DNA of 56,214 nucleotides from positions 1 to 56,214 of the forward strand of contig JBDRGA010000046.1 of assembly GCA_043818175.1 (NCBI GenBank). Reading direction: 5' to 3'. Of this stretch, positions 18,901 through 27,332 are shown piece after piece. The position numbers were made by a program, and so were the translations under genes. The notes under the pieces are model-generated. The model was given only the letters and a program-made list of their open reading frames with translations, searched no databases and had not been told where the DNA came from. Numbering within the stretch: position 1 is the first letter of the stretch; every line of letters begins with the position of its first letter. This DNA is from Candidatus Woesearchaeota archaeon. GTDB lineage: Archaea; Nanobdellota; Nanobdellia; Woesearchaeales; JBDRGA01.

Positions 18901-19229
18901 GTAGCACTGGTTGAGGAATTCTCCAAGTCTGTACAATTTACATTCCAGAGTCTGGTTCCCTGGGACAAACTTGCATTAGCCGTGATTATCGTGCTCGTAT
19001 CATTGAACGTTGTAGCGTTGATACCGAAACCTACGTTATCTACCAAGAGTTCACATGAGAAGTTTCCGCTGCTATTGCTTATCGCGGTGAACGTGAAGCC
19101 AGGAGTTGCACTGGGCACCCACAGATTATCAGCTGGCGATGCTGGTGCTACACTGCTAATCCCTGCCCAAACTGTATTCGCAGCGAGAATTGAAAAAACT
19201 ATTGCCAGAATTATATTACTAGTTCTCAC
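15978..19229 (-). CDS. Large cell-surface glycoprotein: Ig-like repeats, FN3-like domains, TSP1-like motif, PGF-pre-PGF domain, C-terminal TM
   Basis: Signal peptide; about 6 repeats of ITSPANDSWT.D.TP.INFT.TD..D..LNYT.YVDG; WSDWSDWSTC...TRTRTRTC; VYQYLEI...TPGFSTFAIG; TM plus basic tail; more than 40 N-x-S/T sequons. Confidence 0.9.
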   Translation of the reverse strand: MRTSNIILAIVFSILAANTVWAGISSVAPASPADNLWVPSATPGFTFTAISNSSGNFSCELLVDNVGFGINATTFNDTSTIITANASLSQGTRLWNVNCTDLENSSTSATWTVNVDTGYPTSNITFPGNDSWTTNTTPSINFTITDVYDSMLNYTLFVDGVANLTGNVSNNTVSSLTMGATPEGTYTLIMQAEDEAGNMFNSTALVIHVDTANPTSVITSPADNTSTSNTTPAITFTLTDSLDTNLSYVVYVDGSANQTGSALNNTPTVVELSVLGAGVYTVLVQATDSALHSVNSTAIVLTVDVTAPTSVITSPANDSWTTDTTPDINFILTDETDTVINYTLYVNGVAGGTGNATNNTVKSVTLGVFLDGTYTVVIEAADSASNLANGSVVIHVDTTVPTSNITSPANDSWTNDVTPEINFTLTDNMDTNLSYVIYVDGVSVASGTALNGTPTVAVTSILEDGSHDIEVQATDNNGNAANSSVLVLKIDATVPVVSTLNAPSNNSNASDTIVTFNFTSYDGIDTILNYTLFLDGVANATGLTAGNNTATNFTVGGFVSGTTHNWTIQVEDNLSNAANFSGLYYFTVIDTTPPTTAPTLTQVGVNDSDSDGNIELNWTADANAASYKVYRSTTAITSAAALTAIAALTNTTFEDNTTTDSTTYWYAITSLDASSNENKSIVSSSYNATADDTLMPRSPTTANGSTKTNGAVNITWTAVTLDVDGNADLAMTYYVFRTTNISSLNTSNTNTALANTTNAWYQDTTMTSEMAYSYVITSLDDGANHNSTVTVNNTKNITPSACDGGWSDWSDWSTCSSSSQTRTRTRTCYGGGSTSESSSQSCTTSSSGSGGSSAPRNTNPNRVQFWGAVPAGQAISMKIDDPKISVVGVGFKPENAVSKGEVLVQQYASGKPSSVKEAPNGHVYQYLEITLKNMGTVGNAWIEVRVPESWLEENGILAGNVRLFRLSAGEWQMFKPTKITEETYRFNTPGFSTFAIGAEKASAEPAIEPEVSEVAEDLPAQDEAKVAATDEQNLAGKAAESTKEDQGGGSAIPYFIGLAFIVVLAIIFAAWRRPKKPTHHHEG

Positions 19230-19494
19230 GGAACCCCTCCGATGTGACCATCAAACACAGAAATGTAATACTCGATTTATATAGTTATCGCAACTATTGT
19301 CACCACTTTTTAGTTCTGCACGGAATGATTCGAATATTACTTAACACAGTTGCTAAACAAGATGGTTTAGTATTGGATATCCTAGCTGTTATGTACTGCG
19401 CGATACGAATTTATTAGCATCGGAACAAGGCACATAATTTGACAAAAAATCGCTAACGAACCTTTATAAATCGAGCAGGGTTCTCTCGAAAAAC

Positions 19495-19568
19495 GGGCTC
19501 GTAGCTCAGTCCGGTAGAGCGCTCCGTTCGCAGCGGAGAGGCCCCGGGTTCGAATCCCGGCGGGTCCA
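19495..19568 (+). tRNA. trnA: tRNA-Ala (anticodon CGC)
   Basis: Full cloverleaf, G3:U70 Ala identity pair, anticodon loop TT-CGC-AG, TTCGAAT T-loop, no intron, CCA not encoded, TATA TTTATAAA at 19463-19470. Confidence 0.97.
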
Positions 19569-19570
19569 TT

Positions 19571-19954
19571 TTAGATCATCAGTACATTCGATAAACCAGT
19601 AAAATCATTATCTCTTGTGACAAGTGTTGCGTGTTCATTAAGAGCCGTAGCGTAATGCATAGCATCAACAATACTAAATTTGTTCTTGGTTTTCCTTTGC
19701 TTGTGCTTTATTCTTGATGCGTTCACACTCAATGAAATGTTAATTGGGATTGGTTTGCATTTGCTGGTAATGAATTGCAACAGCTCCTTTACTTGAAGCT
19801 CGTTCATTCCCCCCACGGTGCATATGTCTGCGACTTCAACCAGTGCCAAAGAAGAGCAAACCAACTCGTTCATCTCGATGCATTCATGCACTTTTCCGGA
19901 CTCTCCCCGGATATAGGATATCCATACCGAACTATCAATGCAGTATTTACTCAT
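19571..19954 (-). CDS. vapC: PIN-domain toxin (VapC family)
   Basis: CIDSSVWI...LVEV...SIVDAMHYATA...LVTRDNDF. Confidence 0.9.
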   Translation of the reverse strand: MSKYCIDSSVWISYIRGESGKVHECIEMNELVCSSLALVEVADICTVGGMNELQVKELLQFITSKCKPIPINISLSVNASRIKHKQRKTKNKFSIVDAMHYATALNEHATLVTRDNDFTGLSNVLMI

Positions 19955-20144
19955 GCTTCATCCTCATCCTGTCTGATTTCTTCCATTTTGGGATGTCTTT
20001 GTAAGCTCCGAACATCGATTTTGGAATGTTGTTGCTCTTGACAAGCAGCCCCTTTATTATGTCATCGTATGTCCTTGCAGAGCCTTCCTTCATCTGCTCA
20101 AGCATTCTTTTTGTGTCATCCGAGACCTGTACTGTGGTTGTCAC
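19947..20144 (-). CDS. Antitoxin (VapB-like)
   Basis: 65 aa TTTVQVSDDTKRML...TYDDII..LL; overlaps the vapC start. Confidence 0.75.
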   Translation of the reverse strand: MTTTVQVSDDTKRMLEQMKEGSARTYDDIIKGLLVKSNNIPKSMFGAYKDIPKWKKSDRMRMKHE

Positions 20145-20156
20145 TATAGGCTATAG
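20144..20156. promoter_or_regulatory. Putative TA operator palindrome
   Basis: CTATAG-G-CTATAG between the TATA box (about 20165-20174) and the antitoxin start. Confidence 0.4.
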
Positions 20157-20234
20157 ACTGTAGAAGTATTTATACTTATCGAAAGAAATACGCTATCAGC
20201 CCAGATGGCACTGCATACACGAGAAGAATCCACC

Positions 20235-21341
20235 TCAGCGGACACTAACATACCCACCCCGCACTCCTTTCTTGCTCAGAACTATCTGCCACAAGTGGTT
20301 CTTTCTCGCCCTGAACGAGCCCGCACAACTCAATAAATAGTATTCCCACATTTTGTAGAAACGTTCTGAATAGTTTTTCTTCAATGAGGGCCAGTTTTTC
20401 TTGAAGTTGGAGTACCATGCCATCAATGTATTATTGTAATAGATTCCAAAATTGTGAAGGTCTTCAACGACGAACTTTCCTTCTACGTTCTGCATGATTT
20501 GCTTTAGGGAAGGCAAATGTGAATTGGGGAATATGTACTTGTTCATCCACGCGTCTGTATTTACAACTGAATTGTTGCCTCCTATGGTGTGCAAGAGGAA
20601 GATTCCATCGTCCTTTAGGCATCTTTCTGCAACTTCAAAGTATGTCTTGTAATTTTTGTGACCTACGTGTTCGATCATTCCTATTGAGACAATCGCGTCA
20701 AACTTTCCAGTAACTTTCCTATAATCCTGCAAGAGTATCTTCACTGGAAGTTTTTTGCATCTTTCCTTAGCATAAGCTGCCTGCTCTTTGGATATCGTTA
20801 CACCTAATACCTCAACGCCGTATTTTCTTGCTGCGTATTCTGCAAATCCACCCCAACCACATCCAATGTCCAAAACTCGCATCCCTTTTTTCAGCTGCAT
20901 TTTCCTGCAGCAAAGATCTAGTTTTGCTTCCTGCGCTTTGTCAAGCGTTTTTGCATCTTTCCAATAACCACAGCTATAATTTAATCCTTTGTCGAGCATT
21001 TTTTCGTACAAATCATTTCCAAGGTCGTAATGTTCCTTACCTACCTTTCTCGCGCCTTTCAGTGTTTGACTGTTGAAGATTTTTGACTTAAGGGCGAGAA
21101 AGAGCAGGTTGAACGTCTTAACTTTCTTGTCAAGTTGTGCATTCAGTATTTTGTAAAAGAATACGTCCAGTTTCTTTGCTGTCCACCATCCATCCATGTA
21201 GCTTTCTCCAAGACCCATTGAACCCTCAGAAAGAACCCTATCGTAGAATCTTTCATCAAGGACCTGCAAATCATGGTCGCGCTTGCCATTTATCTTCACG
21301 TCTGCCAAATCAAGAAGTTCCTGTACTTTTTGGATGTTCAT
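20235..21341 (-). CDS. cfa: Cyclopropane-fatty-acyl-phospholipid synthase
   Basis: GSMGLGESYMDGWW, HYDLGNDLY, YSCGYW, VLDIGCGWGG, SIGMIEHVG, KYIFP and MWEYYLLSCAGSF. Confidence 0.92.
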   Translation of the reverse strand: MNIQKVQELLDLADVKINGKRDHDLQVLDERFYDRVLSEGSMGLGESYMDGWWTAKKLDVFFYKILNAQLDKKVKTFNLLFLALKSKIFNSQTLKGARKVGKEHYDLGNDLYEKMLDKGLNYSCGYWKDAKTLDKAQEAKLDLCCRKMQLKKGMRVLDIGCGWGGFAEYAARKYGVEVLGVTISKEQAAYAKERCKKLPVKILLQDYRKVTGKFDAIVSIGMIEHVGHKNYKTYFEVAERCLKDDGIFLLHTIGGNNSVVNTDAWMNKYIFPNSHLPSLKQIMQNVEGKFVVEDLHNFGIYYNNTLMAWYSNFKKNWPSLKKNYSERFYKMWEYYLLSCAGSFRARKNHLWQIVLSKKGVRGGYVSVR

Positions 21342-21478
21342 GACAGTAGAAATGCGGTTTCATTAATAAATTTTAGTGGAATTTAACGATAATACTATAA
21401 TATAAGCTCAAAAGCATAGAACTCCAGAGGAGTGCCTGACATCAACAGAATTATAAATAAATTTGCCTTACAGATAAT

Positions 21479-21895
21479 GTGGCCAACACTTGGAAAGGCT
21501 GGATAATCGACAAGAGCATACAAGACACTTCAATCTTGACAACTTTGAAAGTCATACGTGAAAAGGTCGAAGAAAACACTTCAACCGGCACGAAGAATGT
21601 ATGGACGCTTTTCACCGTTGAGGTGAATTACGAGGACATTGATTCGGTGGCCAAACTTCTTGAGAAGCAAATCAAGCAAGGGTATTACTGTCACTTCACC
21701 AACGGAAAGGGATTGATAGTGGTCTTCAGCGGAAAATCGTTTGTCATTCGCTTGAAGAGCGTTGGAGAAGACAAAGGATTTGGCATAACCTCATTTGAGG
21801 CCGAGCCCGAAGATATCCCCGTGTGGAAATCCGCCGTTGAATACGGGACAACGAAAGGCAAGGTCAATCCAAAGTACATCCTAACAGTCAGATAG
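21479..21895 (+). CDS. Hypothetical protein
   Basis: 138-aa ORF with TATA TTATAAAT about 28 nt upstream. Confidence 0.65.
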   Translation: MANTWKGWIIDKSIQDTSILTTLKVIREKVEENTSTGTKNVWTLFTVEVNYEDIDSVAKLLEKQIKQGYYCHFTNGKGLIVVFSGKSFVIRLKSVGEDKGFGITSFEAEPEDIPVWKSAVEYGTTKGKVNPKYILTVR

Positions 21896-21970
21896 ACCAT
21901 GTATCGGTGGGCCATAATCCAAACGCCATATCAAGACAACATTAATATACCTCAGACATTACCTTAAATA

Positions 21971-22855
21971 GTGATCCTCGTCGATAAGATTTTTGGTTTT
22001 GATCAGAACTGGCAGATGACTTCTCCTAAGGTAGACCATCATACCACAATGGTAAGCCATGCTCATTACGATCACCTTCCAACGAAGTTCAAGGACAAGA
22101 AACTCGTCTGTTCAAGAGAAACGGAGAAGATTATCCGAATGAGAAGGAACAACAAGGAGCTGAACTTCTGGAAAGACCCTAACGTCAAAATGCTTAACGC
22201 AGGCCACACCATAGGAAGCAAGATGTTTCATTTTCAGGAGCAGGACATTCTTTACACTGGAGATTTCAACACGCAGAACAAGTACTGCGGTACGGCAAAG
22301 CCAGTGCAATGCAACACTTTGATTATGGAAGGTACGTTTGGAGCACCTGAATACATCTTCCCAAAACACGAATTGGTTGTTGAGCAGTTGGTTGATTACT
22401 TGAAGAATAATCCAAAAGCAATAATTCGCGCTTATAGTTTCGGTAAATCACAGGAAATCTGCCACATCCTAGATAAACATAAGATTGACTTCAAGATTGA
22501 GAGCGCTCCTGCAAAAGCAATAAATGACGAACTAGGCTTGAAGTTCAAGCATGAAAAAGAAGACGCGACAGTTCTCCTAGGCCCAGATCATAGGATTGGT
22601 TTCAAGAGCATCGCAGTTTCCGGCTGGGCCATTGACCCAAGGTACAGATTCCAGATGGGTGTTGATGCCGCCTTCCCCTTATCTGACCATGCGGACTTTC
22701 CTTCTCTTTTACAGTTCGCGCAAAGTTGTAATCCAAAAAAGATAAGGGTATTCCACGGCGGTCATCACGTAGAATTGGCTCATTCTCTAAGAAAGATGGG
22801 CTTTGATGCGGAAGCATTTCCTGTAACGCAAAGGAGATTAACGCAGTTCTCTTAA
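21971..22855 (+). CDS. Metallo-beta-lactamase/beta-CASP-like exonuclease
   Basis: SHAHYDH, AGHTIGS, YTGDF, MEGTFG, LSDHADF and FHG motifs. Confidence 0.85.
   Translation: MILVDKIFGFDQNWQMTSPKVDHHTTMVSHAHYDHLPTKFKDKKLVCSRETEKIIRMRRNNKELNFWKDPNVKMLNAGHTIGSKMFHFQEQDILYTGDFNTQNKYCGTAKPVQCNTLIMEGTFGAPEYIFPKHELVVEQLVDYLKNNPKAIIRAYSFGKSQEICHILDKHKIDFKIESAPAKAINDELGLKFKHEKEDATVLLGPDHRIGFKSIAVSGWAIDPRYRFQMGVDAAFPLSDHADFPSLLQFAQSCNPKKIRVFHGGHHVELAHSLRKMGFDAEAFPVTQRRLTQFS
22799..22855 (+). repeat. Direct repeat copy 1 (last 19 codons of the MBL nuclease gene)
   Basis: 51/57 identical to 23789-23845; exact 29-bp core at 22823-22851. Confidence 0.9.
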
Positions 22856-23788
22856 GGTCGGATGGTGTATTTGATATTCCAATAATGTTTCAGAAGGCGT
22901 TACTTTAATTTCTTCTTCCCTTCATTCGAAAGGTAATTCTTGCTGGATATTGTGCTTCTTCCAAGTCGTTTTTCGACGCTTTCCCTGGCTTCTCCGGCTG
23001 CCTCACCTCCCTCTTTGGCCGAGTCCTTGCATTCTGGAAACCCTTGAGAATCACGTTCTCTTGTAATTTCAGTAGTTGTCTTTTCACCCAGCATCGTGAA
23101 TATCAATTCGAAGTCAGTCATGTGGTCACGAAGATTCTGGTTCTTCCTTTTCAGTCGTTTGAATTCCTTGTACTCGCCAACAGTCTTGCCAAACGTCGCC
23201 TTTGATATCTCGTTAGTTAAAATCGCAAATTCGTTCTCTGTTTTTATATCTCTGTCTTTCCACTCGTCAGTCAATTCCTGCCTGATTGCTATACCGCGCA
23301 GTCTCTTGTCAATCCAACCTTTGGGATATCCCTTAAGTTCATAGTATTCTTTAATCCTGTCTTGACCCACTTCTGGATTTTCAATTTCTTCAATCCGCTC
23401 GTATCCCACTTGCGCCAGCCATTGCTTGAATGGTTCGGCTCTCTTTGAAGGAATGGATTGTATTATTCTGAAAATCTGTTTGGTACTGCCCGCCAAAGTC
23501 CTCCGTTGCTTTCCTGTTTCTGTAGGCATGTCTACATGGGGACAATTTGTCCCTAGGTAACTTCCGAGTTCTTCATCCCGCTTACGAAGTTTCTTCAGGT
23601 AATCTGTAGGATTTGTACTGTCTGTCAAAACCGCTATGATGTCAACAATCGAAAAATACCATTCTCCATTGTACCAAGCTCTCCGTATTCTCCTGTTCTG
23701 GAACACAACCAGCTTGTTCTTTTCGTCCATGAAATTGGCAAGGCCTTGACGTTTATATGCTTTCAGGGAGGTTGTCCAGTGCACACAA
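22856..23788. mobile_element. 933-bp inserted cassette carrying only a BRO-N gene, bounded by att-like direct repeats
   Basis: Flanked by the 57-bp gene-end duplication; no recombinase inside. Confidence 0.55.
22900..23730 (-). CDS. BRO-N domain protein (phage antirepressor-like)
   Basis: IRRAWYNGEWYFSIVDII...PSKRAEPFKQWLAQVG. Start at 23730 is supported by a TATA box at 23751-23758. Confidence 0.85.
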   Translation of the reverse strand: MDEKNKLVVFQNRRIRRAWYNGEWYFSIVDIIAVLTDSTNPTDYLKKLRKRDEELGSYLGTNCPHVDMPTETGKQRRTLAGSTKQIFRIIQSIPSKRAEPFKQWLAQVGYERIEEIENPEVGQDRIKEYYELKGYPKGWIDKRLRGIAIRQELTDEWKDRDIKTENEFAILTNEISKATFGKTVGEYKEFKRLKRKNQNLRDHMTDFELIFTMLGEKTTTEITRERDSQGFPECKDSAKEGGEAAGEARESVEKRLGRSTISSKNYLSNEGKKKLK

Positions 23789-23845
23789 GGATTCGATGCG
23801 AAACCATTTCCAGTAACGCAAAGGAGATTAACGCAGTTCTCGTAA
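23789..23845 (+). repeat. Direct repeat copy 2 (displaced gene end, reads GFDAKPFPVTQRRLTQFS*)
   Basis: Same frame and stop as copy 1; exact core at 23813-23841. Confidence 0.9.
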
Positions 23846-23892
23846 TACTTCCAACCGTAAAATTATTATACTACTCTTCAGTCGTTGTTCTC

Positions 23893-24660
23893 ATGCCACT
23901 ACATTTAGGAGTCATTCTTGATTTGGCAGTCGAAGTAGAGCAAATCTACGAATGCAGGGGTTCAGACAGTTCATCCCGTCTTGCTCTTTCTCACGGCATG
24001 GGCACCAGAAACGATGGCCACTCCGGTTGGATAACGCTCGAAGAAGGTCTTGACGCAGTAGAGCAAGCATACCTCAAACAAGAATTGGCAGGGCTTGCTC
24101 TCGATGAATGGGATGCCACGTTTGATTACATTGGGGTCTCTGAACCAAAAAATGCCGAGTCATTGTGGGCGCATTTGAGGAGCAGGGACATGAGGGATAA
24201 GAAAATCAGAGAGAACAAGAAGCTTTACGCAAATCCTCCAAGAGTTTTCCAATCAATACTAAACACTGCTCTAAGCACAGTGGCGGGCGCGGCAGTTGGT
24301 TCTGCAACCGCGAGCCAAGAAGCTCACTCGAGTGGGCTATTGGGCGCTGGAATCGGAGCGCTAGTGGTTGGCCTACCCGTAGGAACTAGGGAAGTGTACC
24401 GTCATCTGAAAGCAGAGCGTGTTGCCGTTGAGTTCGATGCGAATTCCGCGGAAATGCAAAGGAAAGCTAACGATAGAACGTACAACGACTATGTAGTCAA
24501 TAGTGCTGTGGGCACAGCCAACGAATTCGCCGATGACAAAGAGCAGCACGCAGGACCGCTATATTCCCGCGAACAATACGTAGAGGAACGCGTAAGGCGA
24601 GCAAGACTGATTGCCGACATTAGCATGGCCTGGGAACTCTTAGAACCTCACAACACATAA
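23893..24660 (+). CDS. Hypothetical protein with Gly/Ala-rich hydrophobic hairpin
   Basis: Start moved to the ATG at 23893 (AT-rich box at 23861-23870); the upstream extension runs through the repeat. Confidence 0.6.
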   Translation: MPLHLGVILDLAVEVEQIYECRGSDSSSRLALSHGMGTRNDGHSGWITLEEGLDAVEQAYLKQELAGLALDEWDATFDYIGVSEPKNAESLWAHLRSRDMRDKKIRENKKLYANPPRVFQSILNTALSTVAGAAVGSATASQEAHSSGLLGAGIGALVVGLPVGTREVYRHLKAERVAVEFDANSAEMQRKANDRTYNDYVVNSAVGTANEFADDKEQHAGPLYSREQYVEERVRRARLIADISMAWELLEPHNT

Positions 24661-25028
24661 TCCACATCTCCCCCGTCTCCCAAGAAGAAAACCGTTGCCT
24701 TCGTTCTTCTCGCGTAGAACCTTAGTTCCTGCAATTGTCTCGGCGTAGCATCGCTAAGCAGTATCAAGCTTGGCTTTATCGCTTTGAGCAATGGAAGCAA
24801 TGACCCCTTAACGGGCTTTCCTACTATAACTCTGCTCACTGCTTCAGCAAGATGTGGATATTGCGCTTCAATCTGAGCAGTATCAAAAATATCAAGAGGG
24901 TCTAAGAAAAGTACTGACTCGTACTGTGCTTTTAGCGCCAGTCTTATCAGAAATTCTCCTCCAGTGAACCTGTCTCCTGTTATGCCGATGAGCGTGCCTC
25001 TTAGTTTTGGTTCGATTAATGCGTCCAT
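24648..25028 (-). CDS. Short degenerate RecA/RadB-like protein
   Basis: GTLIGITGDRFTGGE (degenerate Walker A position) and VLFLDPLDIFD. Start at 25028 is about 28 nt from TTTAAA. Confidence 0.4.
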   Translation of the reverse strand: MDALIEPKLRGTLIGITGDRFTGGEFLIRLALKAQYESVLFLDPLDIFDTAQIEAQYPHLAEAVSRVIVGKPVKGSLLPLLKAIKPSLILLSDATPRQLQELRFYARRTKATVFFLGDGGDVDYVL

Positions 25029-25141
25029 AATTGCATTGAGATTCAGTTCTTTAAATGCGCTGTCTCGGGTTGTCCAGTGGTTGTTCTCTGCATCACAATG
25101 GTTGCACAAGTATTAAAAGCATTTGACATTACCTAGAGAAT

Positions 25142-25951
25142 ATGAAGTATCCTCATTTCAACCTTTCCGCAACTCTGGACTCAGGTCAGATTTTCCGGTG
25201 GAAGCAGGCCGAGGAAGGATTTTTAGTGCAGCATGCAGACCAGTTCTTCAACGTAATGCAGAAAGATGGCCTGCTCAGCTTCCAAGGCACCAATCCAAAA
25301 TTCTTCAACAGTTTCTTCGCGCTTGATTTTGATTATGGGAAGATGCTTCAGAACCTGCAACAATTTCCAGAATTACAGAACCCGTTGGCTGATTTTTCAG
25401 GTTTAAGGTTGTTAAGGCAGGACCCGTGGGAATGTACTGTTTCTTTTGTATGCAGTGCTAACGCAAACATTCCAAAGATAAGAAAGAATGTTCATGGATT
25501 AAGCGAGCGTTTTGGTCAAAAGAAAACTAGCAAAGTATTCAACACGGAATTCCACACATTTCCCAGAATAGGAGAACTAAAAGAGTTTGAAGGAATCCAC
25601 GCAGCAGGCACAGGATACAGAGCAAAACATATTCATGAACTGAACTCCCAGGTAGACAAACAATTCTTCCAAAAACTGAAAAATAAATCCTACGATGATG
25701 CCCGCGCTTCATTGATGGAACTGCCTGGTGTAGGTCCAAAAGTGGCTGACTGCGTTTCTTTGTTTTCTTTGCAGAAGTACGAAGCGTTTCCAGTCGACGT
25801 GCACATAAAAAGAGCAATGGAGTTTATCTTCTTCGACGGAAAACCACAGAAGGAAACAAGGATAGTGGAACTCGGTCAGGAAAGATATGGAGAATATGCG
25901 GGATACGCACAGCAGTTTCTATTTCACGCGATGCGGAAGAAAACCATTTAA
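25142..25951 (+). CDS. ogg: 8-oxoguanine DNA glycosylase, Ogg1 type
   Basis: TLDSGQIFRW, RLLRQDPWEC..SF..S.N.NI, GTGYRAK, HhH LPGVGPKVADC and FPVDVHI. Confidence 0.9.
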   Translation: MKYPHFNLSATLDSGQIFRWKQAEEGFLVQHADQFFNVMQKDGLLSFQGTNPKFFNSFFALDFDYGKMLQNLQQFPELQNPLADFSGLRLLRQDPWECTVSFVCSANANIPKIRKNVHGLSERFGQKKTSKVFNTEFHTFPRIGELKEFEGIHAAGTGYRAKHIHELNSQVDKQFFQKLKNKSYDDARASLMELPGVGPKVADCVSLFSLQKYEAFPVDVHIKRAMEFIFFDGKPQKETRIVELGQERYGEYAGYAQQFLFHAMRKKTI

Positions 25952-25974
25952 ACGTGCTTCTCGTTGCCTTTAGT

Positions 25975-26709
25975 ATGAAAATACTTATTGCGCTCACTTT
26001 TGTCTCTCTTTTCGTTCTGGTTGCTTGCCAGCCTGAGAACGTCACAGTGCTTAATCCTCCGAAAGAACCAAACGGGCCTACTGATTCTATGATAAACGAA
26101 ACAAACAGTTCATCTGTTACACCAGAAGTTGAAAATAGCGTTTCGCCATCTGAGATTAAAGCTAAACGGGCAAAACTATTAGAAAACACGCCAAACCACG
26201 TTGCAAAGTACTCTTACAGCATCAAGAGCCCACAGGGAACTCAATCTGGTTATGAAACAATGGCCGTAAGGAACAAGGACTTCAAGGATTACAGAGTTTT
26301 CACAGTTAACAACACGCAGGTTTGGCAGTCCACGTTCATTCTTGGAGGAACGTTTATTATCTGCCAGAAAGACGACCCTGACCTTTGTTACCAATACCCT
26401 AAGCAAGACAATCTTCCAGAAGTGCCAGGTTTTGGAGAAAGCTTGGCAAATGTGACTGTTGCTTTTGCTGACAAACCTGCATCCCTGAAACTTGATGCTC
26501 AGTGTTTCGCGATAAATCCGCACTTAAGTGCTTTCGTTCAAATTGAATGCTACACGAATGATGGCATTTTCGCTTATGAACGCATTGAAGGCGATAGTTT
26601 CACGCAGGAAGTTATTGCGACAAGCATTGAGCTTGGTACGTTCAACGACGAATTCGAATTGCCCGCTGAAGTAATTACGGTGCCTGACTCATGGCTTCAG
26701 CAATCTTAA
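25975..26709 (+). CDS. Lipoprotein, paralog of 14075-14806
   Basis: Lipobox LVAC, same four-Cys pattern and FELPAE. Confidence 0.7.
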   Translation: MKILIALTFVSLFVLVACQPENVTVLNPPKEPNGPTDSMINETNSSSVTPEVENSVSPSEIKAKRAKLLENTPNHVAKYSYSIKSPQGTQSGYETMAVRNKDFKDYRVFTVNNTQVWQSTFILGGTFIICQKDDPDLCYQYPKQDNLPEVPGFGESLANVTVAFADKPASLKLDAQCFAINPHLSAFVQIECYTNDGIFAYERIEGDSFTQEVIATSIELGTFNDEFELPAEVITVPDSWLQQS

Positions 26710-27332
26710 CAATACTAAACAAGCTAGAGCATACTTATGGAAGGACTATGCTTGCCCGTTTAGGTAAAGACCATACGCCATTCCAACTCTTGATTGCAAC
26801 TGCGTTGAGTGCAAGGGCAAAGGACGAGATGACCGAAGTTGTCGCGAGAGAATTGTTCAAGGTTTATCCTGATGCAGAGTCAATTGCGAAAGCACCAATT
26901 CCTAAGCTGGAAAAACTCGTTAAACGAACTGGATTCTACAAGATTAAGGCAAGAAGAATCAGAGACATTGCAAGATTCGTGATTAAGGAATACGGAAACA
27001 AAGTTCCTGATTCTTTAGAAAAACTGACTGCAATTCCAGGCGTGGGAAGAAAAACTGCTAATTGCGTTTTAGCTTATGCTTATGGTCATCCTGCAATCGC
27101 TGTAGATGTTCACGTTCATAGAATTAGTAACAGATTAGGCATTGTCAAAACAAAACAACCCGAGGAAACCGAGTTCGCGTTGATGAAGATAGTACCAAAG
27201 CGGAAATGGAGCCTCGTCAACGATGTCCTCGTGCACCACGGAAAGACAATATGCCTGCCCACTGTACCGAAGTGTTCTGAATGCACTGTCTTTAAGTATT
27301 GCAAACGCCAAAATGTGCCAAAATGGAAATGA
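26691..27332 (+). CDS. nth: Endonuclease III
   Basis: PFQLLIATALSA, IPGVGRKTAN, AVDVHVHR and C-x6-C-x2-C-x5-C 4Fe-4S motif. Confidence 0.95.
   Translation: MASAILTILNKLEHTYGRTMLARLGKDHTPFQLLIATALSARAKDEMTEVVARELFKVYPDAESIAKAPIPKLEKLVKRTGFYKIKARRIRDIARFVIKEYGNKVPDSLEKLTAIPGVGRKTANCVLAYAYGHPAIAVDVHVHRISNRLGIVKTKQPEETEFALMKIVPKRKWSLVNDVLVHHGKTICLPTVPKCSECTVFKYCKRQNVPKWK

Noticed and set aside
19495-21478. Possible integrative island at tRNA-Ala (TA module at its 3' end)
   Set aside because: No duplicated tRNA 3' fragment and no integrase found.
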